A DNA stretch of 37,402 nt from positions 1 through 37,402 of the forward strand of contig JASJGW010000124.1 of NCBI GenBank assembly GCA_033791305.1. The letters run 5' to 3'. The first letter of the stretch is position 1. Every line of letters starts with the position of its first letter. This DNA is from Gammaproteobacteria bacterium. Lineage in GTDB: Bacteria; Pseudomonadota; Gammaproteobacteria; UBA9214. The position numbers were made by a program, and so were the translations under genes. The notes under the pieces were generated by a model. The model saw nothing but the letters and a program-made list of their open reading frames with translations, ran no database searches and was not told where the DNA came from. This document shows, piece after piece, positions 8,272 through 18,446 of this stretch.

Positions 8272-9090
8272 ATGACCACAACTGAGCCAGAAAATATAAT
8301 CGAGGTAGAAAACCTGGTCGCACATTATGGTGAACGCGTGATCCTCAATGATATCAACCTGGGTATCCGGACAGGCGAAATCAGGGTCATCATGGGTGGC
8401 AGCGGCTCGGGTAAAACCACCTTAATGCGGAATTTGCTGGGTCTGAACACCCCCAGTTCTGGCAGTATACGCATCCTTGGTAAGGATATAACCAGAATCA
8501 GCAAGCGCGAGCTGTATGCAATCAGGCGAAAGATGGGCGTCGCTTTTCAGGGTGGAGCCCTGCTGGGTTCGATGTCTGTGGCCGAAAATATTGAATTGCC
8601 CCTCAGACAACACACCAAACTGGATGAGAGCACCATTCGCATCATGTCCCGCATGAAGCTTGAGGTTGTCAATCTCGCAGGTTTCGAGAATTTGATGCCA
8701 TCGGAATTGTCCGGTGGCATGCTGAAACGGGCCGCACTGGCGCGTTCTATTGTGATGGACCCGGAAATGCTGTTCTTTGATGAGCCCTCTGCCGGACTTG
8801 ATCCGGTTGTTTCCGCAGAGCTGGATGAGTTAATCCTGCGACTGAAAGATGCAATGAATGTCACCATTGTGGTGGTGACGCACGAGCTTGAAAGTGCCTT
8901 CAAGATTGCGGACAGGATTACCGTGCTGGGGCAGGGCAATGTGCTGATGACGGGGACGGTGGATGAAGTGCAACACAGTGATAATGAGGTGATTCAGGAC
9001 ATGCTGAATCGACGACCCAGAGATGAAATCGTCAACGCGGAAGAATACCTGGCGCGACTGACCGCAGACCGGGAACAGCAACGCATATAA
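8272..9090 (+). CDS. mlaF: MlaF-like ABC transporter ATP-binding protein
   Basis: It has Walker A GGSGSGKTT, signature LSGGMLKRAALARSIVMDPEMLFFDEPSAGLDP (compare E. coli MlaF LSGGMARRAALARAI...FDEP) and H-loop VVTHE. It converges on mlaC. Confidence 0.8.
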   Translation: MTTTEPENIIEVENLVAHYGERVILNDINLGIRTGEIRVIMGGSGSGKTTLMRNLLGLNTPSSGSIRILGKDITRISKRELYAIRRKMGVAFQGGALLGSMSVAENIELPLRQHTKLDESTIRIMSRMKLEVVNLAGFENLMPSELSGGMLKRAALARSIVMDPEMLFFDEPSAGLDPVVSAELDELILRLKDAMNVTIVVVTHELESAFKIADRITVLGQGNVLMTGTVDEVQHSDNEVIQDMLNRRPRDEIVNAEEYLARLTADREQQRI

Positions 9091-9153
9091 ATAAATACTG
9101 CTCTGCTGCGTTGCTACCCGGGCTTTCCGACGCCACCCCCGGGTTCCCTGCGC

Positions 9154-9756
9154 TTACGTGGGCTGGCTTTCAAGCTCCTTGACCTTGACCTTCATTTTGC
9201 TGATCAGGCCATCAATACCATCTTTGCTTACAATGTTCTGATAGGAACTGCGATAGTTACTGATCAGGCTGATGCCTTCAATAATCACATCGTAGACCCA
9301 CCATTCACCGTTTTTCTTCTGGTAGACCTTGTAGTTAATCGGGATATCGGCACTGGCGGTGAGTATCAGGGTCTCGACAACGGCCTTCTTTCCCTTGACC
9401 TTTTCTCCCGGATAATCCACTTTTTCATCGGTGTAAGCTTCCACACGGCCAATGTAGGTGTTCTCGATCAGTTGGGCAAACAGCTGGACAAATTCCTGCT
9501 TCTGTTCACTGGATGCCTTTTTCCAGTTGGTGGCCAGGGTGCGTTGTGACATGGCGCGGAAGTCGAAGCGAGCATTAATGATCTTCCGCATTTCTATGCG
9601 CCGGGTAGCCTGGTCCAGTCCCTTGTTCTGGAGAAGGGTGAGAATGCTATCGACGGAGCCACGAATGGAATCCGTCGGTGACATCTCTGCAGACGCAAAG
9701 GTTGCCGCTACCAGGGTGATGCCGACGGTCAGTATCAGGAGCAGTCGTTTCAACAT
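9154..9756 (-). CDS. mlaC: MlaC/Ttg2D periplasmic phospholipid-binding protein
   Basis: It has the signal peptide MLKRLLLILTVGITLVAATFASA, then the toluene-tolerance Ttg2D pattern (RFDFRAMSQRTLATNWKK...QKQEFVQLF...YDVIIEGISLISNYRSSY). Confidence 0.85.
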   Translation of the reverse strand: MLKRLLLILTVGITLVAATFASAEMSPTDSIRGSVDSILTLLQNKGLDQATRRIEMRKIINARFDFRAMSQRTLATNWKKASSEQKQEFVQLFAQLIENTYIGRVEAYTDEKVDYPGEKVKGKKAVVETLILTASADIPINYKVYQKKNGEWWVYDVIIEGISLISNYRSSYQNIVSKDGIDGLISKMKVKVKELESQPT

Positions 9757-9794
9757 AACAAATACCTCGTAATGAATGATGTTCAACAGGTTCT

Positions 9795-10625
9795 CTAGTT
9801 TTCCACCTTGTTTTGGCGGTACTGGGTCCAAGCATCCCGGATGAACAGGTAAGGATCAAGGGCATCTCTCTTGATGCCCTCGTAGGTATCCTTGTCGAGC
9901 GCGACCTGGTTGACCGTTTCCAGGATGATTGCGGCCCAGTAATCCCGGTCTTCCCACAGGTAATAGATCAGGTCCATACGAGAGTCGGCCAACAGGCCAA
10001 TCCCGTCCCTGACGCTGGATGGCCCGAAGAAGGGTAACACCAGGTAGGGTCCCGGACCGATGCCGTAATACCCGAGTGTCTGACCGGTATCCTCTTCCTT
10101 CTTTTTGAGGTTGAAGTGGTCCTTGGCCGTGTCAAAGAAACCGCCGATTCCGAGTGTGGTGTTGACGCCAAACCGGGTCAACTCGTTACCGGCATCCGCA
10201 AATTTTCCTTGCAGGCCGGCATTAATCATCCTCATAGGGGTAGTCAGGTTCGAAAAGAAGTTGCCAATACCCAGCATCAGGGGCTCCGGCATGATCCAGC
10301 GGTACCCCTTTGCAACCGGCTTTAACAGGTAGAAATAGAGTTTATCGTTGAACCAGAACGTGCCCCGGTTAATTATCTCGAGTGGATCATAGACATCGAG
10401 TTCTTCATCCTCATCATCCAGCCAGGGCTGATCTTCATCCTCAAGGTCGTCGAGTTCTACAAATGTTTTCTCATCGCTGCTATCAGCCTCGTCTGCTGCT
10501 GCCAGGATAAGCGCAGGATTGGTGCTCTCATGTTCAGTGGTGGTTGCAGACGTGAGTATCGCGTTCGCGTTGACTCCTAAAGCGGGGAGTGCCAGTGCCA
10601 TAACCAGTAGAAGTAACTTTTTCAT
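9795..10625 (-). CDS. mlaA: MlaA/VacJ-family protein (no lipobox Cys)
   Basis: DPLEIINRGTFWFNDKLY...GNFFSNLTTP...TTLGIGGFFD...LGYYGIGPGPYLVLPFFGPSSVRD aligns with E. coli MlaA (DPLEGFNRTMYNFN...GMGGFIDVA...GPYVQLPFYG). Confidence 0.85.
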   Translation of the reverse strand: MKKLLLLVMALALPALGVNANAILTSATTTEHESTNPALILAAADEADSSDEKTFVELDDLEDEDQPWLDDEDEELDVYDPLEIINRGTFWFNDKLYFYLLKPVAKGYRWIMPEPLMLGIGNFFSNLTTPMRMINAGLQGKFADAGNELTRFGVNTTLGIGGFFDTAKDHFNLKKKEEDTGQTLGYYGIGPGPYLVLPFFGPSSVRDGIGLLADSRMDLIYYLWEDRDYWAAIILETVNQVALDKDTYEGIKRDALDPYLFIRDAWTQYRQNKVEN

Positions 10626-10646
10626 GATGTATTTTGCGGTGTTGTA

Positions 10647-11093
10647 CTATTCGGTTTCAAAGATGTATTTGCTGACCAGTTCTTCCAGACTGATCGATGA
10701 TTCTGTTTCTTCGATCTCATCACCTGCTGCAAGAAAAATATCCGATCCGCCCGGTGTGAGCTTGATGAATTTATCGCCGATGATTCCCGAAGTGCGGATA
10801 GATGCAATACTGTCATCTGTCAGTTCCACTGTTTTCTCGATATTCAGGTGTACCACGGCTTCATATTCTCCGGCGTCCAGTTCAATCTTGCTTACCTTGC
10901 CGACAACAACGCCCGCCAGTTCGATCGTTGTCCCTTCCTTCAGGCCGCTAATCGAGGTAAACCGGGCGGTAACCGGGTAGGTCTCATTTGCGAAGGGATC
11001 TATATCACCCATCTTGACGGCCAGCCAGGAGAAGCTGATAAAACCCGCCAGCAGGAATATTCCGACGATGAGTTCTAGACTTGTTTTTTTCAT
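10647..11093 (-). CDS. mlaD: MlaD (MCE-domain) protein
   Basis: It has the N-terminal TM anchor LIVGIFLLAGFISFSWLAV, then the MCE-domain pattern YPVTARFTSISGLKEGTTIELAGVVVGKV...GIIGDKFIKL. Confidence 0.85.
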   Translation of the reverse strand: MKKTSLELIVGIFLLAGFISFSWLAVKMGDIDPFANETYPVTARFTSISGLKEGTTIELAGVVVGKVSKIELDAGEYEAVVHLNIEKTVELTDDSIASIRTSGIIGDKFIKLTPGGSDIFLAAGDEIEETESSISLEELVSKYIFETE

Positions 11094-11132
11094 GGCTTGC
11101 TCCGTTTGCTGCTTGTGTGCCGTGACGTGTGC

Positions 11133-11924
11133 TTACGAAAGTATCAGTGAGCCTATCAGATAGTCCCAGACAAGAATGGTGACAGAGGCAAACACCACGG
11201 CATCAGTTGTGATGCGGCTGACACCTTCTGCACCGAATACGCCGGTCCGGCTGAGGTGAAGAAAGTATCCCTTGTAGGTGGTTATCCAGACAATCAGCAG
11301 ACCAAAGATGAGTGATTTGATCAGGCAGAGACGAATATCAGCCCATTCCACACTGTTATACATCCCCTGAAAATAGGATCCTTCTGAAACACCCAGTAAT
11401 ACGACCCCCGCCAGATAACCGCCAAATATTCCAACCACATTGAACATAAATGCCAGCACTGGCAGGGAAATCAGGGCGGCGACAAACTTGGGTGCAACCA
11501 GAAACTTCAGGGGATCGATTGCCATGCACTCAAGGGCATCAATCTGTTCGGAATGACGCATGATGCCGATTTCGGCACAAATGGCCGAACCCGCACGACC
11601 GATGACCATCAATGCGGTCAGTACCGGTCCCAGTTCCTGTATCAGACTGAGGGCCACCGCAGAACCAAGCAGTTCCTCGGAGCCGAATTGTTTCAGGTTA
11701 TGGTAGCCCTGCAGGCCAAGCACCATGCCGGTAAACAGACCAACGATAAGAATTACGGTAACCGAGCGGGCTCCGAAGAAATAGATCTGCCTGACAACAG
11801 GATAAACCGAGTAGGGTGGTTTGAATATGCAGGCGATGGTATCGCCAAAAAATATGCCCATCCTGCCCGTGGTTTCCAGCAGATATAAAAAATCTCTTCC
11901 GAGTTTGCTGAGCAGGTTTATCAT
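11133..11924 (-). CDS. mlaE: MlaE ABC transporter permease
   Basis: The 263-aa polytopic protein has QIYFFGARSVTVI, LKQFGSEELLG, ELGPVLTALMVIGRAGSAICAEIGIMRHSEQIDALECMAIDP, characteristic of the MlaE family. Confidence 0.9.
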   Translation of the reverse strand: MINLLSKLGRDFLYLLETTGRMGIFFGDTIACIFKPPYSVYPVVRQIYFFGARSVTVILIVGLFTGMVLGLQGYHNLKQFGSEELLGSAVALSLIQELGPVLTALMVIGRAGSAICAEIGIMRHSEQIDALECMAIDPLKFLVAPKFVAALISLPVLAFMFNVVGIFGGYLAGVVLLGVSEGSYFQGMYNSVEWADIRLCLIKSLIFGLLIVWITTYKGYFLHLSRTGVFGAEGVSRITTDAVVFASVTILVWDYLIGSLILS

Positions 11925-12006
11925 GATTGCAGGATTCTGTGGATGGCTGCGGTGAATGCAGGGGGCTGTTGTGGTCGCTTCTGTCTGGCATTAACCTTGA
12001 TAAGGG

Positions 12007-12333
12007 TTATGAATTCAGTCCTTCATCCACCGAGTTGTACAGGGTGAATACCTTGTCGAGACGCGCCAGTTCAAGGACACGTCGGGTAGGCTCGCTGACT
12101 GCGGCCAGGCCAAACTGGCTGCCGTTTTTCTTTGCTGCCTGTAGTGCTTCAACGAGCGAGGCAACGCCGGAACTGTCAATATAGGTGACCTCTGAAAGGT
12201 CAACGATTACCTTGCTGGTGGATTCGAAGCATTTAAGCAGGATTTCCCTTGCGACCGGTGAGCTTTCCAGGTCAACCTCGCCCGTGAAGGCAACAACGGA
12301 GGCACCTTGCCTTTCCGAAATTTCATGTTTCAT
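12007..12333 (-). CDS. STAS-domain anti-sigma-factor antagonist (RsbV/SpoIIAA/HsbA-like), in the MlaB position
   Basis: The 108-aa protein has VVAFTGEVDLESSPVAREIL, and VTYIDSSGVASLVEAL contains the DSSG phospho-serine motif of SpoIIAA-type STAS proteins. Its ATG lies 1 nt after the stop of the upstream gene. Confidence 0.85.
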   Translation of the reverse strand: MKHEISERQGASVVAFTGEVDLESSPVAREILLKCFESTSKVIVDLSEVTYIDSSGVASLVEALQAAKKNGSQFGLAAVSEPTRRVLELARLDKVFTLYNSVDEGLNS

Positions 12334-12334
12334 T

Positions 12335-14092
12335 TCAATTGGTTCTCCCGATAAATTTAACCATGCGTAACAGATTCCCCTTGCCGGAGTGTACCGGGAG
12401 GTACTCGACCTCGTCCATAATGTCGTGGATAAGGCAGATGCCCAAACCGCCGGGCCCCAGCTCTTCTGGCCATTTCGGTTTCATTTTCTTCGGGTCGACC
12501 GGGGGCGCTGAATCCTGCAAATCAAACTGGATTATGCCGTCTTTACAGACTATTTCCAATGTCGCCTCGCCATCTTCGGTACCTTTATAGGCATGTCGGA
12601 CCACATTCTGGCAGGCTTCTCCAACGGCAATAACAATATCCGTGGCCAGTGACCGGGTGCAGCCGCAGTCTTCGCAGGCCTTGCTGACTATTTCACGTAC
12701 TGCCTGTAATTCATCTGCGCGTGCAGGAAATGTGTGCCGGACGATCATGGTGGCCTGATTATGCCGTATATCTTCTTTTAAACAAGGGTTCGTGGCGTCA
12801 ATGGCAATCAGGGTAATATCGTCGTGACGCTTGCCCTCAGTATTGCCCAGGACAGAGATGATGGCTGCAATGCGCTCAGCAACCGGGACATCGATGCGTT
12901 CCCGGATGATTTTTTTGAATCCATCAATTCCCAGCCGACTGCCATCTTTCAGATCACCCTCGGTGACGCCATCCGTAAATATATACAGGGTGCCACCATC
13001 CAGGTTGAATATTTCTTTCCGGATGCCGCCATTTCCGGCAACCAGCGGCAGGATCCCCAATGGGGGGGCGCTGGCAGAGATGGGTGTAAATGATCCGTCC
13101 TGTGCGTGCAGCAAGGGAGGTTCATGTCCGGCATTGGCCAATTGCACTTCACCTGTTGCCGGATCAAGCAGGCCGCAGGCCATGGTGACAAACATGCCGT
13201 GGATGGCCGTTTCACACAGTTCTCTGTTTATGGTTGCCAGCAATACATTAGGTTCGTGCAAGGTCTTGCCAAGACAGCGAAACAGGCTGGATGTCTTGGA
13301 CATCAGCAAGGCAGCGTCCATGCCTTTCCCTGAAACATCACCAAGACTGAAGTAAATACGTCCGTCATTCAGGTCAAAAAAGTCGTAAAAGTCACCGGAC
13401 ATTTCATGGGCAGGCAGGTAAATGCCGCAGACAGGGAAGGGTGCGGGCCGGCGAGCAGGCAGCAGGCTGCGCTGCATTTCTGTGGCAAGTTCCAGTTCCC
13501 GACTGAACCGCTCCTGTTCGACCAGATCCTCGGCCATATGTGCATTGTGGATGGCCAGCGCAGCTGCCGAGGCCAGTGTTTGCAGCATCAGCAGGTCTGT
13601 ATCGGAAAACAGGCCGCTGGTATCGAGCTTGTTGACCAGTTCAATGGCACCGATTTTTCGCGTATGCACTGTCATGGGGGTGCACAGGATAGAACGGGTT
13701 TGAAAACCGGTGAAATCATCGACAGAATGATCAAAGTTCGGATCCTGTTGTACATCCCTGACAATGCGACTGCTGTTTTCGGAGACGCACTGACCGACGA
13801 TACCTTCACCGGCCTGCAGGGATATTCCACGTATGTCTACCGGGCCGGCGCTGGCCTTGCAAACCAGCGAGCCGTCCTCGTCGTTCAGCAAAAACAGGGC
13901 GCCGCCCTCTGCCTTGACGAACTGCACAATCAGATCGAGTGCTTTCTGGATGGTTACTTCGATGTTGAGCGTGACGGCCAGATGGCTGCTCATTTTTGAC
14001 AGTAATTCAAGGTGGCCGGAAACGTTGGCCGATTTTCGGCGATCGATGCGTTTGGGATCCCGGCGGTCCATGTCTGGAGGAGTGTTGCTCAT
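12335..14092 (-). CDS. GAF - PP2C/SpoIIE phosphatase - RsbW-like HATPase three-domain fusion protein
   Basis: There is an N-terminal GAF-like region. The PP2C motifs are SGDFYDF, GDVSGKGMDAAL, FTDGVTEG and HDDITLIAID. The C-terminal anti-sigma/Ser-kinase module has GEACQNVVRHAY and GPGGLGICLIHDIMDEVEY. Confidence 0.85.
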   Translation of the reverse strand: MSNTPPDMDRRDPKRIDRRKSANVSGHLELLSKMSSHLAVTLNIEVTIQKALDLIVQFVKAEGGALFLLNDEDGSLVCKASAGPVDIRGISLQAGEGIVGQCVSENSSRIVRDVQQDPNFDHSVDDFTGFQTRSILCTPMTVHTRKIGAIELVNKLDTSGLFSDTDLLMLQTLASAAALAIHNAHMAEDLVEQERFSRELELATEMQRSLLPARRPAPFPVCGIYLPAHEMSGDFYDFFDLNDGRIYFSLGDVSGKGMDAALLMSKTSSLFRCLGKTLHEPNVLLATINRELCETAIHGMFVTMACGLLDPATGEVQLANAGHEPPLLHAQDGSFTPISASAPPLGILPLVAGNGGIRKEIFNLDGGTLYIFTDGVTEGDLKDGSRLGIDGFKKIIRERIDVPVAERIAAIISVLGNTEGKRHDDITLIAIDATNPCLKEDIRHNQATMIVRHTFPARADELQAVREIVSKACEDCGCTRSLATDIVIAVGEACQNVVRHAYKGTEDGEATLEIVCKDGIIQFDLQDSAPPVDPKKMKPKWPEELGPGGLGICLIHDIMDEVEYLPVHSGKGNLLRMVKFIGRTN

Positions 14093-14196
14093 CTACGTCC
14101 AGTGTCCTGTTGGCTTCATGCCCTTGCCGGGGATGGCATCAATAATGGACGCCGTCATGTGGACATTGTCTGTACTGGTCTGAGTCTGTTGTTAAA

Positions 14197-14273
<77 letters not shown>

Positions 14274-14274
14274 T

Positions 14275-15276
14275 TTAACAGTTGCGACTAACAGAAAATT
14301 CTGCGAGGCCGTACAACGCGTCCTTGTAGACTGATTCCGGTAGTGGATTCAGTGCCTCGATGGCGAGATCCGCTTCCCGCTGTGCGGCCTGTGCAGTGTA
14401 CGGGATGCCCCCGGTTGATTCAATAATCGCACACACTACCTGCATGTTATCATGTCCACCGTTTTCGATTGCCTTGCGTATCAGTTTTGCCTGGCTTGGC
14501 GTGCCCTTGTGAATGGCGTGGATGAGAGGCAGGGTTGGCTTGCCTTCGGCAAGGTCATCTCCAACATTCTTGCCGGTGTCTTCGGGGGAAGCACTGTAGT
14601 CAAGCACGTCATCAATTAACTGGAATGCAATACCCAGATGCAGGCCGTAATTGGCTAAAGCAATTTCGATCTGTTCAGGTTGCCTGCTGAGAACGGCGCC
14701 AATCTGGGCGGCCGCTTCAAACAGGCGTGCGGTCTTGCGGCTGACGACATCCATGTAACGGTCTTCGGTCGTCTCGGCATCGTGGCAGTTAAGCAACTGC
14801 AGTACTTCACCTTCTGCAATGGTATTCGTGGTGTGGGACATGATCTCCATGATGCGCATGTCATTGGCTGCGACCATCATCTCGAATGAGCGTGAATACA
14901 GAAAATCACCGACCAGTATGCTGGCTTCATTTCCCCACAGGGCATTGGCGGTCATATTGCCGCGTCGCAACTGGGAGGCATCCACGACGTCAGCATGGAG
15001 CAGGGTCGCGGTATGGATAAATTCGATCACGGCAGCCAGGGTGATGTGCTGAGTACCCTTGCAGGAACAGGCATTAGCCGCCAGCAATACCAGCATCGGG
15101 CGTAGCCGTTTGCCGCCACTACTAATAATATAGTTTGACAGCTGGTTAATGAGGGCGACATCACTGTGCAGTGAGCTGTGTATCAGCGCATTGACTGCTT
15201 CCATATCATCCGAGAGCAATTGCCGGACCGAATCAATATATGGCGCATCAGTATAGGTTTTAACGAGTTTTAGCAT
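14275..15276 (-). CDS. ispB: Octaprenyl-diphosphate synthase IspB (first Asp-rich motif reads ADVVD)
   Basis: [25 protein letters not shown]...[14 protein letters not shown]...[11 protein letters not shown]...[20 protein letters not shown] is collinear with E. coli IspB. The start at M22 (15276) is chosen by alignment to the E. coli N-terminus. Confidence 0.9.
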   Translation of the reverse strand: MLKLVKTYTDAPYIDSVRQLLSDDMEAVNALIHSSLHSDVALINQLSNYIISSGGKRLRPMLVLLAANACSCKGTQHITLAAVIEFIHTATLLHADVVDASQLRRGNMTANALWGNEASILVGDFLYSRSFEMMVAANDMRIMEIMSHTTNTIAEGEVLQLLNCHDAETTEDRYMDVVSRKTARLFEAAAQIGAVLSRQPEQIEIALANYGLHLGIAFQLIDDVLDYSASPEDTGKNVGDDLAEGKPTLPLIHAIHKGTPSQAKLIRKAIENGGHDNMQVVCAIIESTGGIPYTAQAAQREADLAIEALNPLPESVYKDALYGLAEFSVSRNC

Positions 15277-15379
15277 ATTTACGTGATTCTTCAAGCAGCT
15301 TACCGCAGCCCGGGATAGTCCTGGCTGACACTCTGGCAAGTTTAACGGGGTTATCTACCTTGTGCCAGAAGGGATTTGA

Positions 15380-15408
15380 TTGACCTGACCGGATGCAAAC
15401 ATTATTAT
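15380..15408 (+). promoter_or_regulatory. Candidate sigma-70 promoter of rplU-rpmA
   Basis: TTGACC, a 17-nt spacer, then TATTAT lie about 50 nt upstream of the rplU ATG. Confidence 0.45.
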
Positions 15409-15456
15409 AGGCGGCCTTTTTCGACAATGAAGTTTGATGTATTTGGAGTTTTTGAC

Positions 15457-15768
15457 ATGTATGCGGTTATAAAGACGGGCGGAAAGCAGTATCGTGTCAC
15501 CCAGGGAGACACCTTGCGGGTTGAGACACTGGATGCCAGTGAAGGCGATGCAGTCGAATTCGACCAGATTCTGATGGTTGGTGATGGGGAAGACGTCAAG
15601 ATTGGTGCGCCATTGGTTGATGGTGGCAAGGTGACTGCCACGGTCAAGGGACATGGCCGCGCCAAAAAGGTCGAGATCATCAAGTTCCGCCGGCGCAAGC
15701 ATCACATGAAACGGATGGGACATCGCCAGAACTATACTGAAGTTGAAATTACCGGGATTTCAGGCTAA
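15457..15768 (+). CDS. rplU: 50S ribosomal protein L21
   Basis: [23 protein letters not shown]... is the canonical L21 N-terminus. A GGAG lies 8 nt upstream. The ORF-track start at 15376 is too long. Confidence 0.95.
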   Translation: MYAVIKTGGKQYRVTQGDTLRVETLDASEGDAVEFDQILMVGDGEDVKIGAPLVDGGKVTATVKGHGRAKKVEIIKFRRRKHHMKRMGHRQNYTEVEITGISG

Positions 15769-15792
15769 CCGCTTGATTTAGAGGGTTATTAG

Positions 15793-16050
15793 ATGGCACA
15801 TAAGAAAGCAGGCGGCAGTACGCGTAATGGTCGCGATTCCGAATCAAAACGACTGGGTGTTAAGCGCTACGGTGGTGAAACCGTACTGGCTGGTAACATT
15901 CTGGTACGTCAACGCGGTACACATTTCCATCCTGGCAAGAATGTCGGTTGTGGCAGGGACCATACCCTGTTTGCCAAGAGCAACGGTGTTGTGCAGTTTG
16001 TGCAGCGGGGCGCGAAGAAACGCAAGTTTGTCGAAATTGTTGCCGGCTGA
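15793..16050 (+). CDS. rpmA: 50S ribosomal protein L27
   Basis: [24 protein letters not shown]... is the canonical L27 sequence. Confidence 0.95.
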   Translation: MAHKKAGGSTRNGRDSESKRLGVKRYGGETVLAGNILVRQRGTHFHPGKNVGCGRDHTLFAKSNGVVQFVQRGAKKRKFVEIVAG

Positions 16051-16076
16051 TTCTAACGCCAGCCGGTTTCATCAAG

Positions 16077-16106
16077 CCCCGCCTTCGAGCGGGGTTTTTT
16101 GTTTTT
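16077..16106 (+). terminator. Rho-independent terminator/attenuator after rpmA
   Basis: CCCCGC-CTTCGA-GCGGGG is followed by TTTTTTGTTTTT. Confidence 0.65.
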
Positions 16107-16108
16107 GA

Positions 16109-17158
<1,050 letters not shown>

Positions 17159-17221
17159 TCTCTGCCTTGATGCGTAACTACTTCGAGACGTACAGGGCTA
17201 TGTACCGACAGATCAATCGAA

Positions 17222-18349
17222 ATGTCCGATAAGATTAAAACAAGCGAGTGTAAGCGTTGGGTCGTCAAGATCGGCAGTTCGTTGTTGACGGATGATGGAC
17301 AGGGTCTGGCCGTTATGGCAATTGACGACTGGGTCGAACAAATAGCCGCCCTGCAGCAGTCCGGTCGTGAAATTCTTCTGGTGTCATCCGGCGCGGTCGC
17401 TGAAGGTATGACGCGACTGGGCTGGAGGCAGCGTCCTCACTCCCTGCATGAGTTGCAGGCTGCAGCAGCCGTCGGTCAGATGGGGCTGGTGCAGGCGTAT
17501 GAATCCCGCTTCCAGAAATACGGTTTGCATACCGCACAGGTACTGTTAACACATGAAGACCTGGCCGATCGGCGGCGCTACCTGAATGCACGCAGCACCC
17601 TGCGGACCTTGCTAGGTCTGGGTGTGATACCGATCGTCAATGAAAACGACACCGTGACCACAGAAGAAATTCGTTTTGGGGACAATGACACACTGGCGGC
17701 CCTGGTCGCCAACCTGACAGGCGCTGACCTGCTGGTGTTGCTGACGGACCAGCAGGGTTTGCTGGAGAGTGATCCACGGAGCAATCCTGCTGCCAGGCTG
17801 ATACCAGAGGCACAGGCCGGTGATGTGTGTCTGGAAACCATGGCTGCTGGTAGCGGTGGGTCGCTGGGGCGAGGTGGTATGTTGACCAAGGTGCGGGCGG
17901 CGGCCCGTGCGGCCCGTTCCGGCACGCTGACCCTGATTGCCTCCGGCCATGAAAAAAATATTCTGCAACGGGTTGCAGCCGGAGAAGTGCTGGGTACCCG
18001 CCTGTATCCGGTCTGTGAACCCTTTGCTGCGCGCAAGCAATGGCTTGCTGGCCAGTTGCAGGTGCGGGGGCACCTGCAACTGGATGCAGGTGCCGTGAAT
18101 GTGTTGCGCAGTGCGGGCAGCAGCCTGCTACCGGTCGGTGTTACCCGGGTTGAAGGTAACTTTAAACGCGGTGATCTGGTGGTGTGTCTTGGACCGGCGG
18201 GTGAAGAGGTGGCCCGCGGCCTGGTGAATTACAGTGTATCGGAATCAGAAAAGATTATTGGTCAGCCGAGCAGCCGGATTGAGGCATTGCTGGGGTATGT
18301 CGACGAGGTGGAACTGGTGCATCGGGACAACCTGGTGCTGACGATCTGA
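17222..18349 (+). CDS. proB: Glutamate 5-kinase ProB (with C-terminal PUA domain)
   Basis: It has [22 protein letters not shown] and [12 protein letters not shown], plus a C-terminal PUA-like GDLVVC...ARGLVNYS. Confidence 0.95.
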   Translation: MSDKIKTSECKRWVVKIGSSLLTDDGQGLAVMAIDDWVEQIAALQQSGREILLVSSGAVAEGMTRLGWRQRPHSLHELQAAAAVGQMGLVQAYESRFQKYGLHTAQVLLTHEDLADRRRYLNARSTLRTLLGLGVIPIVNENDTVTTEEIRFGDNDTLAALVANLTGADLLVLLTDQQGLLESDPRSNPAARLIPEAQAGDVCLETMAAGSGGSLGRGGMLTKVRAAARAARSGTLTLIASGHEKNILQRVAAGEVLGTRLYPVCEPFAARKQWLAGQLQVRGHLQLDAGAVNVLRSAGSSLLPVGVTRVEGNFKRGDLVVCLGPAGEEVARGLVNYSVSESEKIIGQPSSRIEALLGYVDEVELVHRDNLVLTI

Positions 18350-18387
18350 TGCGGATGTTTCCGGGTGTACGTTGCCGGAGGCGGCAT

Positions 18388-18417
18388 AAAAAAGGCCGGT
18401 CAGTGACCGGCCTTTTT
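18388..18417. terminator. Bidirectional rho-independent terminator between proB and rpsT
   Basis: AAAAAA-GGCCGGTCA-G-TGACCGGCC-TTTTT has an A-run and a T-run flanking a GC-rich hairpin between convergent genes. Confidence 0.75.
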
Positions 18418-18446
18418 ACAGATGTCAGGTAGTTGCCTGGTGCGGC

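Noticed and set aside
10519-10980. + strand 153-aa ORF.
   Set aside because: It lies antisense to mlaA and mlaD. It is Ser-rich junk translation.
13406-13999. + strand 197-aa ORF, with neighbours 12831-13355 and 13833-14183.
   Set aside because: They lie antisense to the GAF-PP2C-ATPase gene, whose own frame carries multiple catalytic motifs.
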